Shown: positions 18,164 through 27,217, counted from the stretch's first letter. The stretch is DNA of 32,000 bases from Desulfobulbus propionicus DSM 2032 (GCF_000186885.1 NC_014972.1:3300001-3332000); one strand, 5' to 3'. Program-made: numbers and translations. Notes: generated by a model not told the origin, from the letters alone.

Positions 18164-18581
18164 ACAAGCCTTCAAACTCGAAGCAGCGCTCAAGATCCAC
18201 CTGCTGCTGGTTGACGATGAATCCGACTTCAAGGAGGTCATGCAGAAACATCTGTCACGGATGGGCATCCGTCTCAGTGTCTCTGAATGTTGCCTCGATG
18301 CCTTGGAAACATTGGACGCCCATGCCATCGATGTGGTGATCATGGACATGAACATGCCGGGGATGGATGGTATCCAGTGCCTGCGCAAGATCAAGGAACG
18401 CTGGCCGCTGATCGAGGTGATCATCCTCACCGGACACGCCTCGGTCAAATCAGGCATCGAGGGCATGGAAAGCGGGGCTTTCGACTACTGCCTCAAGCCC
18501 ATCGATGTCCGCGAGCTCATCGAAAAAGTCGAACTGGCCGCAGAAAAGGCCCTGGTCAACAAAGAACAAGTCGACGGTTGA
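18153..18581 (+). CDS. Stand-alone response regulator receiver protein, RR4
   Basis: LLLVDDESDFKE, VVIMDMNMPGMDGIQCL, VIILTGHASV, LKPID; overlaps the end of paralog 3 by 11 bp, implying translational coupling. Confidence 0.94.
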   Translation: MASEQAFKLEAALKIHLLLVDDESDFKEVMQKHLSRMGIRLSVSECCLDALETLDAHAIDVVIMDMNMPGMDGIQCLRKIKERWPLIEVIILTGHASVKSGIEGMESGAFDYCLKPIDVRELIEKVELAAEKALVNKEQVDG

Positions 18582-18628
18582 CCCACCCCCAGCCACCACC
18601 AACGCACACTCCGGAGAACACTCTTCCC

Positions 18629-18958
18629 ATGCGACTGCAATACCCCCTGCGGCGGCGCCTGCTGCCGTTGCTCTGCGGCCTGATGCTTGCGGGCTGCGTC
18701 AGCGCCGGCAAGGATTTCAATGTCCACATGGTGCCGCACATCAAGCTCCACCAGACCACCCGTGCCCAAATCGAGCAAATGTTCGGCCCTCCGTGGCGGA
18801 CCGGGGTCGAGGACGGCCGCCAGACCTGGAGTTACGGCACCTACAAGTATGGTGTCAGCGACACCCTCAGCCGTGACCTAGTGGTCCGCTTCGATGCCGA
18901 CGGCACGGTGGCCTCCTATACCTTCAACTCCAACTATCCCGAAGACAAACAGCTCTAA
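18629..18958 (+). CDS. Small lipoprotein, SmpA/OmlA (BamE)-like
   Basis: Signal sequence with lipobox LMLAGC; TTRAQIEQMFGPPWRTGVEDGRQTWSYGTYKYG pattern typical of SmpA/OmlA-like folds. Confidence 0.72.
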   Translation: MRLQYPLRRRLLPLLCGLMLAGCVSAGKDFNVHMVPHIKLHQTTRAQIEQMFGPPWRTGVEDGRQTWSYGTYKYGVSDTLSRDLVVRFDADGTVASYTFNSNYPEDKQL

Positions 18959-18961
18959 TTC

Positions 18962-18990
18962 GCCTTCGCCTGCGAGATAAGGCCTTTTTT
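18962..18990 (+). terminator. Possible intrinsic terminator
   Basis: GCCTT ... AAGGC followed by a T-run just downstream of the lipoprotein stop. Confidence 0.5.
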
Positions 18991-19114
18991 CCTGCAGGAT
19001 ACATGACAACTTGCAAGCGGATGAGAATACGCTGCTTTTCCTCTCACCGGGGAGACGGTACACGCGTCTCCCCTGGTCGTGTCCTCTGTACCGCGCCTGG
19101 GTTTCGCCGCTCTG

Positions 19115-20104
19115 TCACCGAAACTGGTCCGGCGGCTCCATCAACAGCTGTTCGCGGAAAAAGGCGATTGCCAGCCGGTCGATCAACCAGCCGGTCCGCC
19201 ACGGAAAACGTCCGTCGACAAAGCCCACGTGGCCGCCATGGGGTTGGATCGCCAGCCGTACTCCAGGGCCGACCTGATCGGCCTCCGGCACGCTGTGCGG
19301 GTACATGAAGGGATCGTCCACGCTGTGCAGGATCAGGGTCGGGGTGGTGATGCGATCCAGGACGCCAAACGAACTGCAACGGCGGTAGTAGTCGTCGGCG
19401 CCGGCAAAACCGTTGAGCGGCGCGGTCACCTGCTGATCGTATTCCCGCAGGGTGTGGATGCGATCCAGATCCACCCGCAGCGGCGAGGAGGTCTGGGCGA
19501 ATTTTCTCCGGTAGGATCGTTTCAGCCGGTCCAGGAGGTAGTGCTGATAGATCCGCGACCCGCCCTGTTCGAGCCTCCGGGCCGCATCGCCCAGGACAAA
19601 GGGGACCGAGACGGCCATGGCCGCTTGCAGCAACGAGGCTGGCCCAGCGGTTCCCAGATAGCGGAGCAGCAGGTTGCCGCCCAGGGAAAAGCCGATCGCC
19701 GCCGCCACCGGTCGGTTGGTGGAGCGAAGAACGGCGAGCACTTCGGCCAAATCCTCGATCGCGCCGGAATGGTAGGTGCGCGGCAGCCGGTTGGGTTCGC
19801 CGCTGCAACCGCGCAAATGCATGAACACCGGCTGGAATCCGGCTTGCAGCAGGCTGGCCATCACCGGCAGGGCATAGTGGGAACGGAGGGTGCCCTCCAG
19901 CCCATGCAGCATCAGCACCGTGGGCCCGCGGCCCGATGTCCAGGCCAGATCAATGAAGTCGCCGTCGGCCAGCTCGATCCGCTCCCGCCGCAAACGCAGG
20001 GCGGGCCGCTTGCGCAGCAGCTTGGGCCACAGCGTTTGCAGATGCGGATTGCGCAGCCAGGGCGGAGGAAGGAACGGGGGCGGCTGCCGCATGATGGTTG
20101 ACAC
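19115..20104 (-). CDS. yheT: YheT-like alpha/beta hydrolase
   Basis: LRNPHLQTLWPKLLR, VLMLHGLEGTLRSHYALPVM, GCSGEPNRLPRTYHSG, AAIGFSLGGNLLLRYLG, LILHSVDDPFMYP, GGHVGF. Confidence 0.92.
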   Translation of the reverse strand: MSTIMRQPPPFLPPPWLRNPHLQTLWPKLLRKRPALRLRRERIELADGDFIDLAWTSGRGPTVLMLHGLEGTLRSHYALPVMASLLQAGFQPVFMHLRGCSGEPNRLPRTYHSGAIEDLAEVLAVLRSTNRPVAAAIGFSLGGNLLLRYLGTAGPASLLQAAMAVSVPFVLGDAARRLEQGGSRIYQHYLLDRLKRSYRRKFAQTSSPLRVDLDRIHTLREYDQQVTAPLNGFAGADDYYRRCSSFGVLDRITTPTLILHSVDDPFMYPHSVPEADQVGPGVRLAIQPHGGHVGFVDGRFPWRTGWLIDRLAIAFFREQLLMEPPDQFR

Positions 20105-20297
20105 TCACACAGGGACAGAACGCGGGGGCGCTGGGGGCCCCGCCGATGAATGCCGGCTGGGGCCTGCGGCCGTAGTGGTCGTCATCCCGCGATGACATCG
20201 GTTGCACGGCTGCGCCTGGTCCGAAGCACGGGCGCGATGCGCCCGGCGCGGGCAGCGCGGCTCTTTCATGAACACTTGCACTCGGCAGGAGGAAGGT

Positions 20298-20648
20298 ATG
20301 GCCAATTTTTTGTTTGTTCTGCGCGACAATGATTTCGAGAAGGCGACCCGCTGTTTTCAGTTCGCCAAGATCGCCCACTCCAAGGGACACACGGTCAATC
20401 TCTTTTTCATCGACAGCGGCGTCGATTGGGCGGTGAAGGATCGCGACGGCAGTCGCAAGACCGACACTGGCGACTGTGTCAACGATTACCTGCCCTACCT
20501 GGTCGAAAACGAGGTGCCGGTGGGCGTCTGCACCCCCTGCGCCAAGAACCGCCACCTTGACGAGGCCAGATTCCACCCGAACATGGCCCTGGATGGCGGC
20601 CCCCATCTGATTGACATGGCCGCCGAGGCCAAGGTGTTCAATTTCTGA
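20298..20648 (+). CDS. DsrE-family sulfur-relay-like protein
   Basis: MANFLFVLRDNDFEKATRCFQFAKIAHSKGHTVNLFFIDSGV and VPVGVCTPCAKNR; ATG preceded by AGGAGGAAGG; the longer ORF start is rejected. Confidence 0.8.
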   Translation: MANFLFVLRDNDFEKATRCFQFAKIAHSKGHTVNLFFIDSGVDWAVKDRDGSRKTDTGDCVNDYLPYLVENEVPVGVCTPCAKNRHLDEARFHPNMALDGGPHLIDMAAEAKVFNF

Positions 20649-20671
20649 GGTCCCGCTTGCGCGCGCTTCGC

Positions 20672-20705
20672 AGCCGGTGTCCTCGCCTGGGCACCGGCTT
20701 TTTTA
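20672..20705 (+). terminator. Intrinsic terminator after the DsrE-like gene
   Basis: AGCCGGTG (20672-20679) / CACCGGCT (20692-20699) followed by a T-run. Confidence 0.88.
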
Positions 20706-21167
20706 TTCGCTGAACAGGTGATAGAAGATATCGGACATGTAAATCACGCCGATGAGCCGGCCGTTGTCCACCACTGAGATGCGGCGCAGCTGGTTCTTGA
20801 TGATCCGGTCCAGGATCGACATCACCGGTTCATCCGGCGGAACGCTGAGCACGTTGTCGTTCATGACCTGGACCACCTTTTTCTCCTTGACCGCGCGGAT
20901 GTACTCGTCCAGGTCCCCCGCCCAGTTCAGCTCGCTGCCGTCGATGCCGTAGTTGAGATAGGAGGGGCGGAGATGGTAGAGGATATAATACATGCTGACC
21001 GTGCCAACGAGTCCATTGTCATAGTCGACCACCATCAGGCTGACCGTCTTGTGGCCGGTGGGCCGCACCTTGGCGTTGAGAATTTTTTTAATGGCCTTTT
21101 CGACCGGTTCGTCCATGTAGATGGTGTCGTAATTCTTGGTCATGATGTCGCGGGCAAACAGCTGCAT
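20703..21167 (-). CDS. Tandem CBS-domain protein
   Basis: ARDIMTKNYDTIYMDEPVEKAIKKI...SLMVVDYDNGLVGTVSMYYIL and VVQVMNDNVLSVPPDEPVMSILDRIIKNQLRRISVVDNGRLIGVIYMSDI. Confidence 0.9.
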   Translation of the reverse strand: MQLFARDIMTKNYDTIYMDEPVEKAIKKILNAKVRPTGHKTVSLMVVDYDNGLVGTVSMYYILYHLRPSYLNYGIDGSELNWAGDLDEYIRAVKEKKVVQVMNDNVLSVPPDEPVMSILDRIIKNQLRRISVVDNGRLIGVIYMSDIFYHLFSE

Positions 21168-21635
21168 ACCTCACTCCTTGACTGCGTTGATGGTTGCCCG
21201 ACCGCATCCGCCCGTGGCGGAGGCGACCGGATGGGGATGACGTCCGGTTCCGTCTCTCCCGAACGTGAACAGGCATTCCGCAAGGTTGCGGGACAGTACC
21301 ACTTCCCGCACCAGTTGACCATGTTTATCCCATTGGAGTCCATCAGAAAACGATGCTTTTTCCCCGCCGGCAGCCGGACCGCGCCGGTGTCAAATCGCCT
21401 GCCCAGCCACGCGGCATGACCACGAGCCGGCGTGCCGTTTTTTCCCGCGGCGCCATGGGCCGCACCACCGGAATTTTCCGGCCGCGCCGTGACCACACAT
21501 GGCGGGATGCTCCACTAACAATTTGACTTTAGCGGTAATTCGTGTAAGTAGAGGGGGAAATCCTCACCAGTAGTATCATTCCCCCGGTGATCCGTCGGGG
21601 TTCAGAATACTCTCTCTGCTGCAAGGAGGTCTCCA

Positions 21636-22034
21636 TTGTTTGGGTTCGAAGCTATTTCCCACCACAACGGCTGGGCAGTCGCCGCTACTGGCGCCTGCAT
21701 AGTGTTCACCGGGCTGGCCACCCTCTCCTTTGTCATCTCGCAACTGCACAAACTCGTCGCCTTGCTTGACCGTCCTCCCAAGGTGACCGTGGAAGTCGTC
21801 CCGGAGGAAAAGCCGAAAACGCCGCCTCTGCCCGATTGTCCCAACGATCTCGCTCTGACCGTGTCCCGATACCAGCCCCTGATCGAGGAACTGGACCCGG
21901 AATTCGCCTTGGCCGACCTGTATGCCCTGGCCAAAAAATACCATCTCCCACATCCGCACCTGTCGATTCGCTGCCTGGTAGACGGTGGCAAACTGCAGCC
22001 GCTTGGCGATGGCATGTTCCGCTTTGTGGCATAA
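21636..22034 (+). CDS. OadG-like small subunit of a sodium-pumping decarboxylase (TTG start)
   Basis: N-terminal TM (WAVAATGACIVFTGLATLSFVISQL), Pro-rich/charged linker, located 37 bp before an OadB-like gene; AAGGAGGT RBS before the TTG. Confidence 0.72.
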   Translation: MFGFEAISHHNGWAVAATGACIVFTGLATLSFVISQLHKLVALLDRPPKVTVEVVPEEKPKTPPLPDCPNDLALTVSRYQPLIEELDPEFALADLYALAKKYHLPHPHLSIRCLVDGGKLQPLGDGMFRFVA

Positions 22035-22071
22035 ACTCGACAACCTGGATATCCATCGGGGGGATTGAACC

Positions 22072-23199
22072 ATGGACCTTTTTCTCCAATTTCTGCACAA
22101 CACCGGCTTTGGCCTGGCCGATTACCGCAACCTGATCATGATCGTGGTCGGCTCATGTTTCGTCTATCTGGCCATCGCCAAAAAATACGAACCGCTCTTG
22201 CTCCTGCCCATCGGCTTTGGGGTCATTCTCGGCAATATCCCCTTCTTCAAGGGATTCGGCATCGGCATCTACGAGGCCAACAGCGTGCTCCACTACCTCT
22301 ATTTCGGGGTGACCAGCGGCGTCTATCCGTCGATCATCTTCCTCGGCCTCGGGGCGATGACCGATTTTTCCTTTCTCCTGGCCAACCCGAAACTGATGCT
22401 GCTGGGCGCCGCCGCCCAGATGGGCATCTTCTTCACCTACCTCAGCGCCCTGGCCCTGGGATTCACGCCGCAGGAAGCCTCGTCCATCGGCATTATCGGC
22501 GGCGCCGACGGGCCGACCTCGATCTTCCTCACCGCCAAGCTGGCGCCGCATCTGATCGGCCCGGTGGCCATTGCCGCCTACTCCTACATGGCCCTGATCC
22601 CGATCATCCAGCCGCCGATCATGAAACTGCTGATCTCCAAGAAAGAGATGCTCATCCGCATGCCCGACATGCGCGAGGTCTCGCGGCGGGAACTGGTGAT
22701 TTTTCCGGTGGCCGGCCTGATTCTCTGCACCTTTCTCGCCCCGGCCTCCATCCCCCTGCTCGGCCCCTTTTTCTTTGGCAACATCATGAAGGAGAGCGGC
22801 GTGGTCGACCGTCTGGCCAACACCGCCCGCACCGCCATCATCGATACCGCCACCATCCTGGTCGGCCTGACCGTGGGCGCCTCCACCCAGGGCGATGTGT
22901 TCCTCAACCCCAAGTCGGTGGGCATCTTCGCGCTCGGCGCCGTTGCCTTCAGTATCGCCACCGCCTCCGGCCTGCTTTTTGCCAAGTTCATGAACCTCTT
23001 TCTCAAGGAAAAGATCAACCCCCTGCTCGGTGCCGCCGGCGTGTCGGCCGTGCCCGGCTCGGCCCGCGAGGTGCACATGATGGGGCAAAAGGCCGATCCC
23101 ACCAATTTCCTGTTGATGCATGCCATGGCCTGCAACTCCTCGGGGGTTATCGGTTCGGCGGTCTGCGCCGGTATCCTGTGGAGTTTTCTCATGGGCTAA
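22072..23199 (+). CDS. Sodium ion-translocating decarboxylase beta subunit (OadB/MmdB/GcdB family)
   Basis: LLLPIGFGVILGNIPFF, FLGLGAMTDFSFLLANPKLMLLGAAAQMGIF, SIGIIGGADGPTSIFLTAKLAP, ATASGLLFAKFMNLF, NFLLMHAMACNSSGVIGSAVCAGI. Confidence 0.96.
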   Translation: MDLFLQFLHNTGFGLADYRNLIMIVVGSCFVYLAIAKKYEPLLLLPIGFGVILGNIPFFKGFGIGIYEANSVLHYLYFGVTSGVYPSIIFLGLGAMTDFSFLLANPKLMLLGAAAQMGIFFTYLSALALGFTPQEASSIGIIGGADGPTSIFLTAKLAPHLIGPVAIAAYSYMALIPIIQPPIMKLLISKKEMLIRMPDMREVSRRELVIFPVAGLILCTFLAPASIPLLGPFFFGNIMKESGVVDRLANTARTAIIDTATILVGLTVGASTQGDVFLNPKSVGIFALGAVAFSIATASGLLFAKFMNLFLKEKINPLLGAAGVSAVPGSAREVHMMGQKADPTNFLLMHAMACNSSGVIGSAVCAGILWSFLMG

Positions 23200-23241
23200 G
23201 CAACAGGTCGTCGACGCGCTCCACGGCGCGAACCGATCGCG

Positions 23242-23280
23242 GGCACACGGGAATGATTCCCGGTGCCCGTTTTTTTTTGC
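23242..23280 (+). terminator. Intrinsic terminator after the decarboxylase beta subunit gene
   Basis: CGGGCAcacGGGAA-tga-TTCCCggTGCCCG followed by a long T-run. Confidence 0.88.
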
Positions 23281-23537
23281 AGACGAAATCACGCGCTCTG
23301 TGATAAATTAGACCTTTTGTGATAAGCGGGCGATTGGTCCCCGGACAATCGTCCCTTCCATTCAGCCGCCGCCTTTCTCGGGCAGCAAAACCGACGGCTG
23401 CTCCATTCGACACAACCGGCAGACGGCGGCCTCCGCCGCATACGACGCCGTGCAGCACAACTCGACCACTAACCGCGAATCTGGCCGCGCCCTCTTCTGG
23501 GTCCCGGACAGGTTCCGTCACCAGGTGATGGGATCAT

Positions 23538-25091
23538 ATGGATACGCAATACCAGGCAACCTTGGAAACTCTGGAACGGCTGCGGGCGGAATCCGTTTCC
23601 GCCGGCGGAGAACAGCAACTGGCGGAGCAGCACCGCAAAGGCAAACTGACGGCTCGGGAACGGCTTGACCTGCTGCTCGACGACGGCACTTTCGAGGAAT
23701 TCGATGTGCTCAAGATCGGCCGGGGCTCCAGTCTGGGGGGCGAAAAAAGTTTCCTTGGCGACGGTGTCATCACCGGCCACGGGTCCATCGACGGCCGCGA
23801 GGTCTTCGTCTTCAGTCAGGATTTCACCATCCTCGGCGGATCGTTGGGCGAGGCGCATGCCCAGAAAATCTGCAAGGTCATGGATCTGGCGGTCAAGGTG
23901 GGCGCGCCGATCATCGGCCTCAACGATTCGGGCGGGGCGCGCATCCAGGAAGGCGTGGACGCCCTGGCCGCCTACGGCGAAATCTTCCACCGCAACGTCC
24001 GGGCCAGCGGCGTGGTGCCGCAGATCTCCTGCATCATGGGACCCTGCGCCGGCGGCGCGGTGTACAGCCCGTCGATCACCGATTTCGTGTTCATGGTCGA
24101 GGATTCCTCCTACATGTTCGTCACCGGCCCCAGCGTGGTCAAGACGGTCACCCATCAGGACATCACCTCCGAGGATCTGGGTGGGGCCCGCGTCCATGCC
24201 AGCAAGAGCGGCGTGGCCCACTTCACGGTGCACAACGACGTGCTCGCCCTGCGCGAGGTTCGACGGCTGATCAGCTACCTGCCCTCCAACAACCGGCTGC
24301 GGGCGCCAATCCTCGACCTCAGCGACGCCCCGGACCGCACCGACCCGGCCCTGGACTTCCTCATTCCGAGCAACTCCAACCAGACCTATGACATGAACGT
24401 GCTCATCCTCTCCATCCTCGACGGGGCGGAGTTCATGGAGGTTCATGCCGGATTCGCCCGCAACATCATCTGCGGTTTCGGCCGCCTGGGTGGGCAGACC
24501 GTGGGCCTGGTGGCCAATCAGCCGGCGGTGCTCGCCGGCGTGCTCGACAACGACGCCTCGTTCAAGGCGGGCCGTTTTGTCCGGTTCTGCGACTGCTTCA
24601 ACATCCCGCTGATCGCCCTGGTGGATGTACCCGGCTTCATGCCCGGGCCGGACCAGGAGCACGGCGGCATCATTCGCCACGGGGCCAAACTGCTCTACGC
24701 CTTCACCGAGGCCACGGTGCCGCGCATTTCGGTGATCGTCCGCAAGGCCTACGGCGGCGCCTACCTGGTGATGAATTCCAAGCACATCCACTGCGATGTC
24801 AACTATGCCTGGCCCACGGCCGAGATCGCGGTCATGGGACCCAAGGGCGCGGCCGAGGTCATCCACCGCAAGGAGATCTACTCGTCCACCGACCCGGAAG
24901 CCGTGCTCAACGAAAAGATGGAAGAATACCGCCGTACCTTTGCCAACCCCTTCCTGGCCGCTCAGCGCGGGTACATCGACGACGTTATCTTCCCCCGGGA
25001 TACCCGCACGCACCTGATCCGGACCTTGCAGATGCTCGACAGCAAGAAGACCAAGGGCCCGGATCGCAAACACGGAAATATTCCCCTGTGA
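23538..25091 (+). CDS. Acyl-CoA carboxylase/decarboxylase carboxyltransferase subunit (propionyl/methylmalonyl-CoA type)
   Basis: GKLTARERLDLLLDDGTFEEFD, KICKVMDLAVKVGAPIIGLNDSGGARIQEGVDALAAYGEIF, MGPCAGGAVYSPSITDFVFMV, LVDVPGFMPGPDQEHGGIIRHGAKLLYAFTEATVP, YGGAYLVMNSKHI. Confidence 0.95.
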   Translation: MDTQYQATLETLERLRAESVSAGGEQQLAEQHRKGKLTARERLDLLLDDGTFEEFDVLKIGRGSSLGGEKSFLGDGVITGHGSIDGREVFVFSQDFTILGGSLGEAHAQKICKVMDLAVKVGAPIIGLNDSGGARIQEGVDALAAYGEIFHRNVRASGVVPQISCIMGPCAGGAVYSPSITDFVFMVEDSSYMFVTGPSVVKTVTHQDITSEDLGGARVHASKSGVAHFTVHNDVLALREVRRLISYLPSNNRLRAPILDLSDAPDRTDPALDFLIPSNSNQTYDMNVLILSILDGAEFMEVHAGFARNIICGFGRLGGQTVGLVANQPAVLAGVLDNDASFKAGRFVRFCDCFNIPLIALVDVPGFMPGPDQEHGGIIRHGAKLLYAFTEATVPRISVIVRKAYGGAYLVMNSKHIHCDVNYAWPTAEIAVMGPKGAAEVIHRKEIYSSTDPEAVLNEKMEEYRRTFANPFLAAQRGYIDDVIFPRDTRTHLIRTLQMLDSKKTKGPDRKHGNIPL

Positions 25092-25099
25092 GGTACGCC

Positions 25100-27115
25100 A
25101 TGTTCGAGAAAATTCTAATCGCCAACCGTGGCGAAATCGCCATTCGCATCATCCGTACCTGCAACCGTCTGGGCATCAGCACCGTGGCCGTCTACTCCGA
25201 CGCCGACAGCCGCAGTCTGCACCGGCACCTGGCCGACGAGGCGGTGCATATCGGCGAGTCGCCGTCGCAAAAGTCCTATCTCGATATCGACAAGATCATT
25301 GCCGCGGCCAAGAAGACCGGCGCCCAGGCCATCCATCCCGGCTATGGCTTTCTCTCGGAAAAGGCCGATTTCGCCCAGGCCATCAAGGACGCCGGGCTGG
25401 TGCTCATTGGCCCGTCGGTGGAGGCCATCGATGTCATGGGCGACAAGATCACCTCCAAGGAATTGGCCAAGAATGCCGGTGTACCGGTCATTCCCGGCCA
25501 TATCGAGGCGATCAAGGACGAGAAGGAAGCCATTGCCATCGCGGCCGAGATCGGCTATCCGATTCTGCTCAAACCGGCGGCCGGCGGCGGCGGCAAGGGG
25601 ATGCGCATCGTGCGTGCGCCCGAGGATATGAAGGAGGCCCTGGAGGCCAGCCGCAAGGAAACCCAGAAGGCCTTCAACGACACCCGGGTGTTTGTCGAGC
25701 GCTACATCGAGCAGCCGCGCCATATCGAAATCCAGGTTCTCGCCGACAGTTTCGGCAACGTCATCCATCTGGGCGAGCGCGAATGTTCGATCCAACGGCG
25801 CTACCAGAAGGTGATCGAGGAATCGCCGTCACCGGCCGTGTCACCGGACCTGCGCGAGCGGATGGGCAAGGCGGCCTGCGATCTCGCCCGCCAGGCCAAC
25901 TATGTCAATGCCGGCACCGTGGAGTTTGTCCTTGATGCCCATCAGCAGTTCTATTTCCTGGAGATGAACACCCGCCTGCAGGTGGAGCATCCGGTCACCG
26001 AGATGGTCACCGGCCTTGATCTGGTGGAATGGCAGCTGCGCATCGCCAGCGGCGAGCCCCTGCCCTTTGATCAGAAAGGGGTGCGGTTCAACGGCTGGGC
26101 CATCGAAGCGCGGATCTGCGCCGAAGATCCGAGCCGGGGCTTCATCCCCTCCACCGGCATGATCACCCGCTACGCAGCCCCGCGCGGAACCGGCATCCGG
26201 GTGGATTCCGGGGTCAACATCGGCGGCAAGGTCGACGTCTACTACGATTCGATGCTCGCCAAGCTCATCTGCCACGGCAAGACCCGCGAAGATGCTCGCC
26301 GCAGCCTGATCGAGGCCCTCAACGGCTATCACATCGAGGGCGTGTCGACCAATATCGATTTTGTCACCAGCGTGCTCTGTCTGCCCGAATTTGCCGAAGG
26401 CAACCTGCACACCGGTTTCATCGAACAGCACTTCGACGGCGGCAAATCCAAACGTTCGCCGGCTGTCCACTACCTGCGGCTGGCCGCCCTGGTCGCGACC
26501 CTGATCTATCACACCCGCGAGGTCGCGGTGCGCGAATCCATGAGCCACATGGTTTCCAGCATCGGCGGCAAACGGAAGATGGGCCGTTTTCCCCAGTACA
26601 TGGTGCGCTGCGAGGACGATCATTTCAACGTCGCCCTGGAAAATCCGCCGATCAGCGGCGAAACCTGCACCATGCGGGTGGACGGCAACCTTTACCAGGT
26701 GGAAATTCCGTATTTCGAGTTTTTCCGCCGCCGCCTCAAACTGGTGATCAACGGTCAGGTGTACCGGTTCCGGATCCAGTTCGACGAATCGTTCATGTTT
26801 GTCTCCTTCAACGGGCTCTCTCGTCTGTTCGAGGTCTATACCCCCAAGGAATGGGCCATGATGACCTACATGCCCGAGAAGGCCGACAAGTCGCTCAACA
26901 ACGTCCTGCTCTGCCCGATGCCGGGTCTGGTGGTGGATGTGCTGGCCCAGAAAGGCGAGCGTGTCTTCCGCGGCCAGAACCTGGTCATTCTCGAGTCGAT
27001 GAAAATGGAAAGCGGCGTGGCCTCGCCGGTGGACGGCATCATTGCCGAGGTCCTGGTCGCCAAGGGTCAGGCGGTGGAGGCCGACGAAACCCTGATCAAG
27101 TTCGAGGTCGTGTAG
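25100..27115 (+). CDS. Acyl-CoA carboxylase alpha subunit: biotin carboxylase with C-terminal biotinyl domain
   Basis: FEKILIANRGEIAIRIIRTCNRLGI, KPAAGGGGKGMRIV, EMNTRLQVEHPVTEMVTG, C-terminal LVILESMKMESGVASPVDGII biotin attachment motif. Confidence 0.96.
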   Translation: MFEKILIANRGEIAIRIIRTCNRLGISTVAVYSDADSRSLHRHLADEAVHIGESPSQKSYLDIDKIIAAAKKTGAQAIHPGYGFLSEKADFAQAIKDAGLVLIGPSVEAIDVMGDKITSKELAKNAGVPVIPGHIEAIKDEKEAIAIAAEIGYPILLKPAAGGGGKGMRIVRAPEDMKEALEASRKETQKAFNDTRVFVERYIEQPRHIEIQVLADSFGNVIHLGERECSIQRRYQKVIEESPSPAVSPDLRERMGKAACDLARQANYVNAGTVEFVLDAHQQFYFLEMNTRLQVEHPVTEMVTGLDLVEWQLRIASGEPLPFDQKGVRFNGWAIEARICAEDPSRGFIPSTGMITRYAAPRGTGIRVDSGVNIGGKVDVYYDSMLAKLICHGKTREDARRSLIEALNGYHIEGVSTNIDFVTSVLCLPEFAEGNLHTGFIEQHFDGGKSKRSPAVHYLRLAALVATLIYHTREVAVRESMSHMVSSIGGKRKMGRFPQYMVRCEDDHFNVALENPPISGETCTMRVDGNLYQVEIPYFEFFRRRLKLVINGQVYRFRIQFDESFMFVSFNGLSRLFEVYTPKEWAMMTYMPEKADKSLNNVLLCPMPGLVVDVLAQKGERVFRGQNLVILESMKMESGVASPVDGIIAEVLVAKGQAVEADETLIKFEVV

Positions 27116-27127
27116 ACCACCGAACGT

Positions 27128-27160
27128 GGCGGGCGCCCACGCACCTCGCGGGCGCCCGCC
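27128..27160. terminator. Strong GC hairpin after the carboxylase alpha subunit gene
   Basis: Perfect 11-bp stem GGCGGGCGCCC (27128-27138) / GGGCGCCCGCC (27150-27160); weak T content downstream. Confidence 0.55.
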
Positions 27161-27217
27161 TTCTCCCTGGGCTGTCCAGGCAATGCCTCCGCAACCCTTC
27201 CCCTTGGTGCTGCCGCC

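Noticed and set aside
22065-23303. 412-aa plus-strand alternate-frame ORF over the decarboxylase beta subunit
   Set aside because: Out-of-frame reading of a well-supported OadB-family gene; composition is Arg/Pro/His-rich.
23469-25073. 534-aa minus-strand ORF opposite the carboxyltransferase gene
   Set aside because: Mirror ORF of a strongly supported CDS in high-GC DNA; translation lacks domain motifs and has low-complexity His/Gly/Asp/Val composition.
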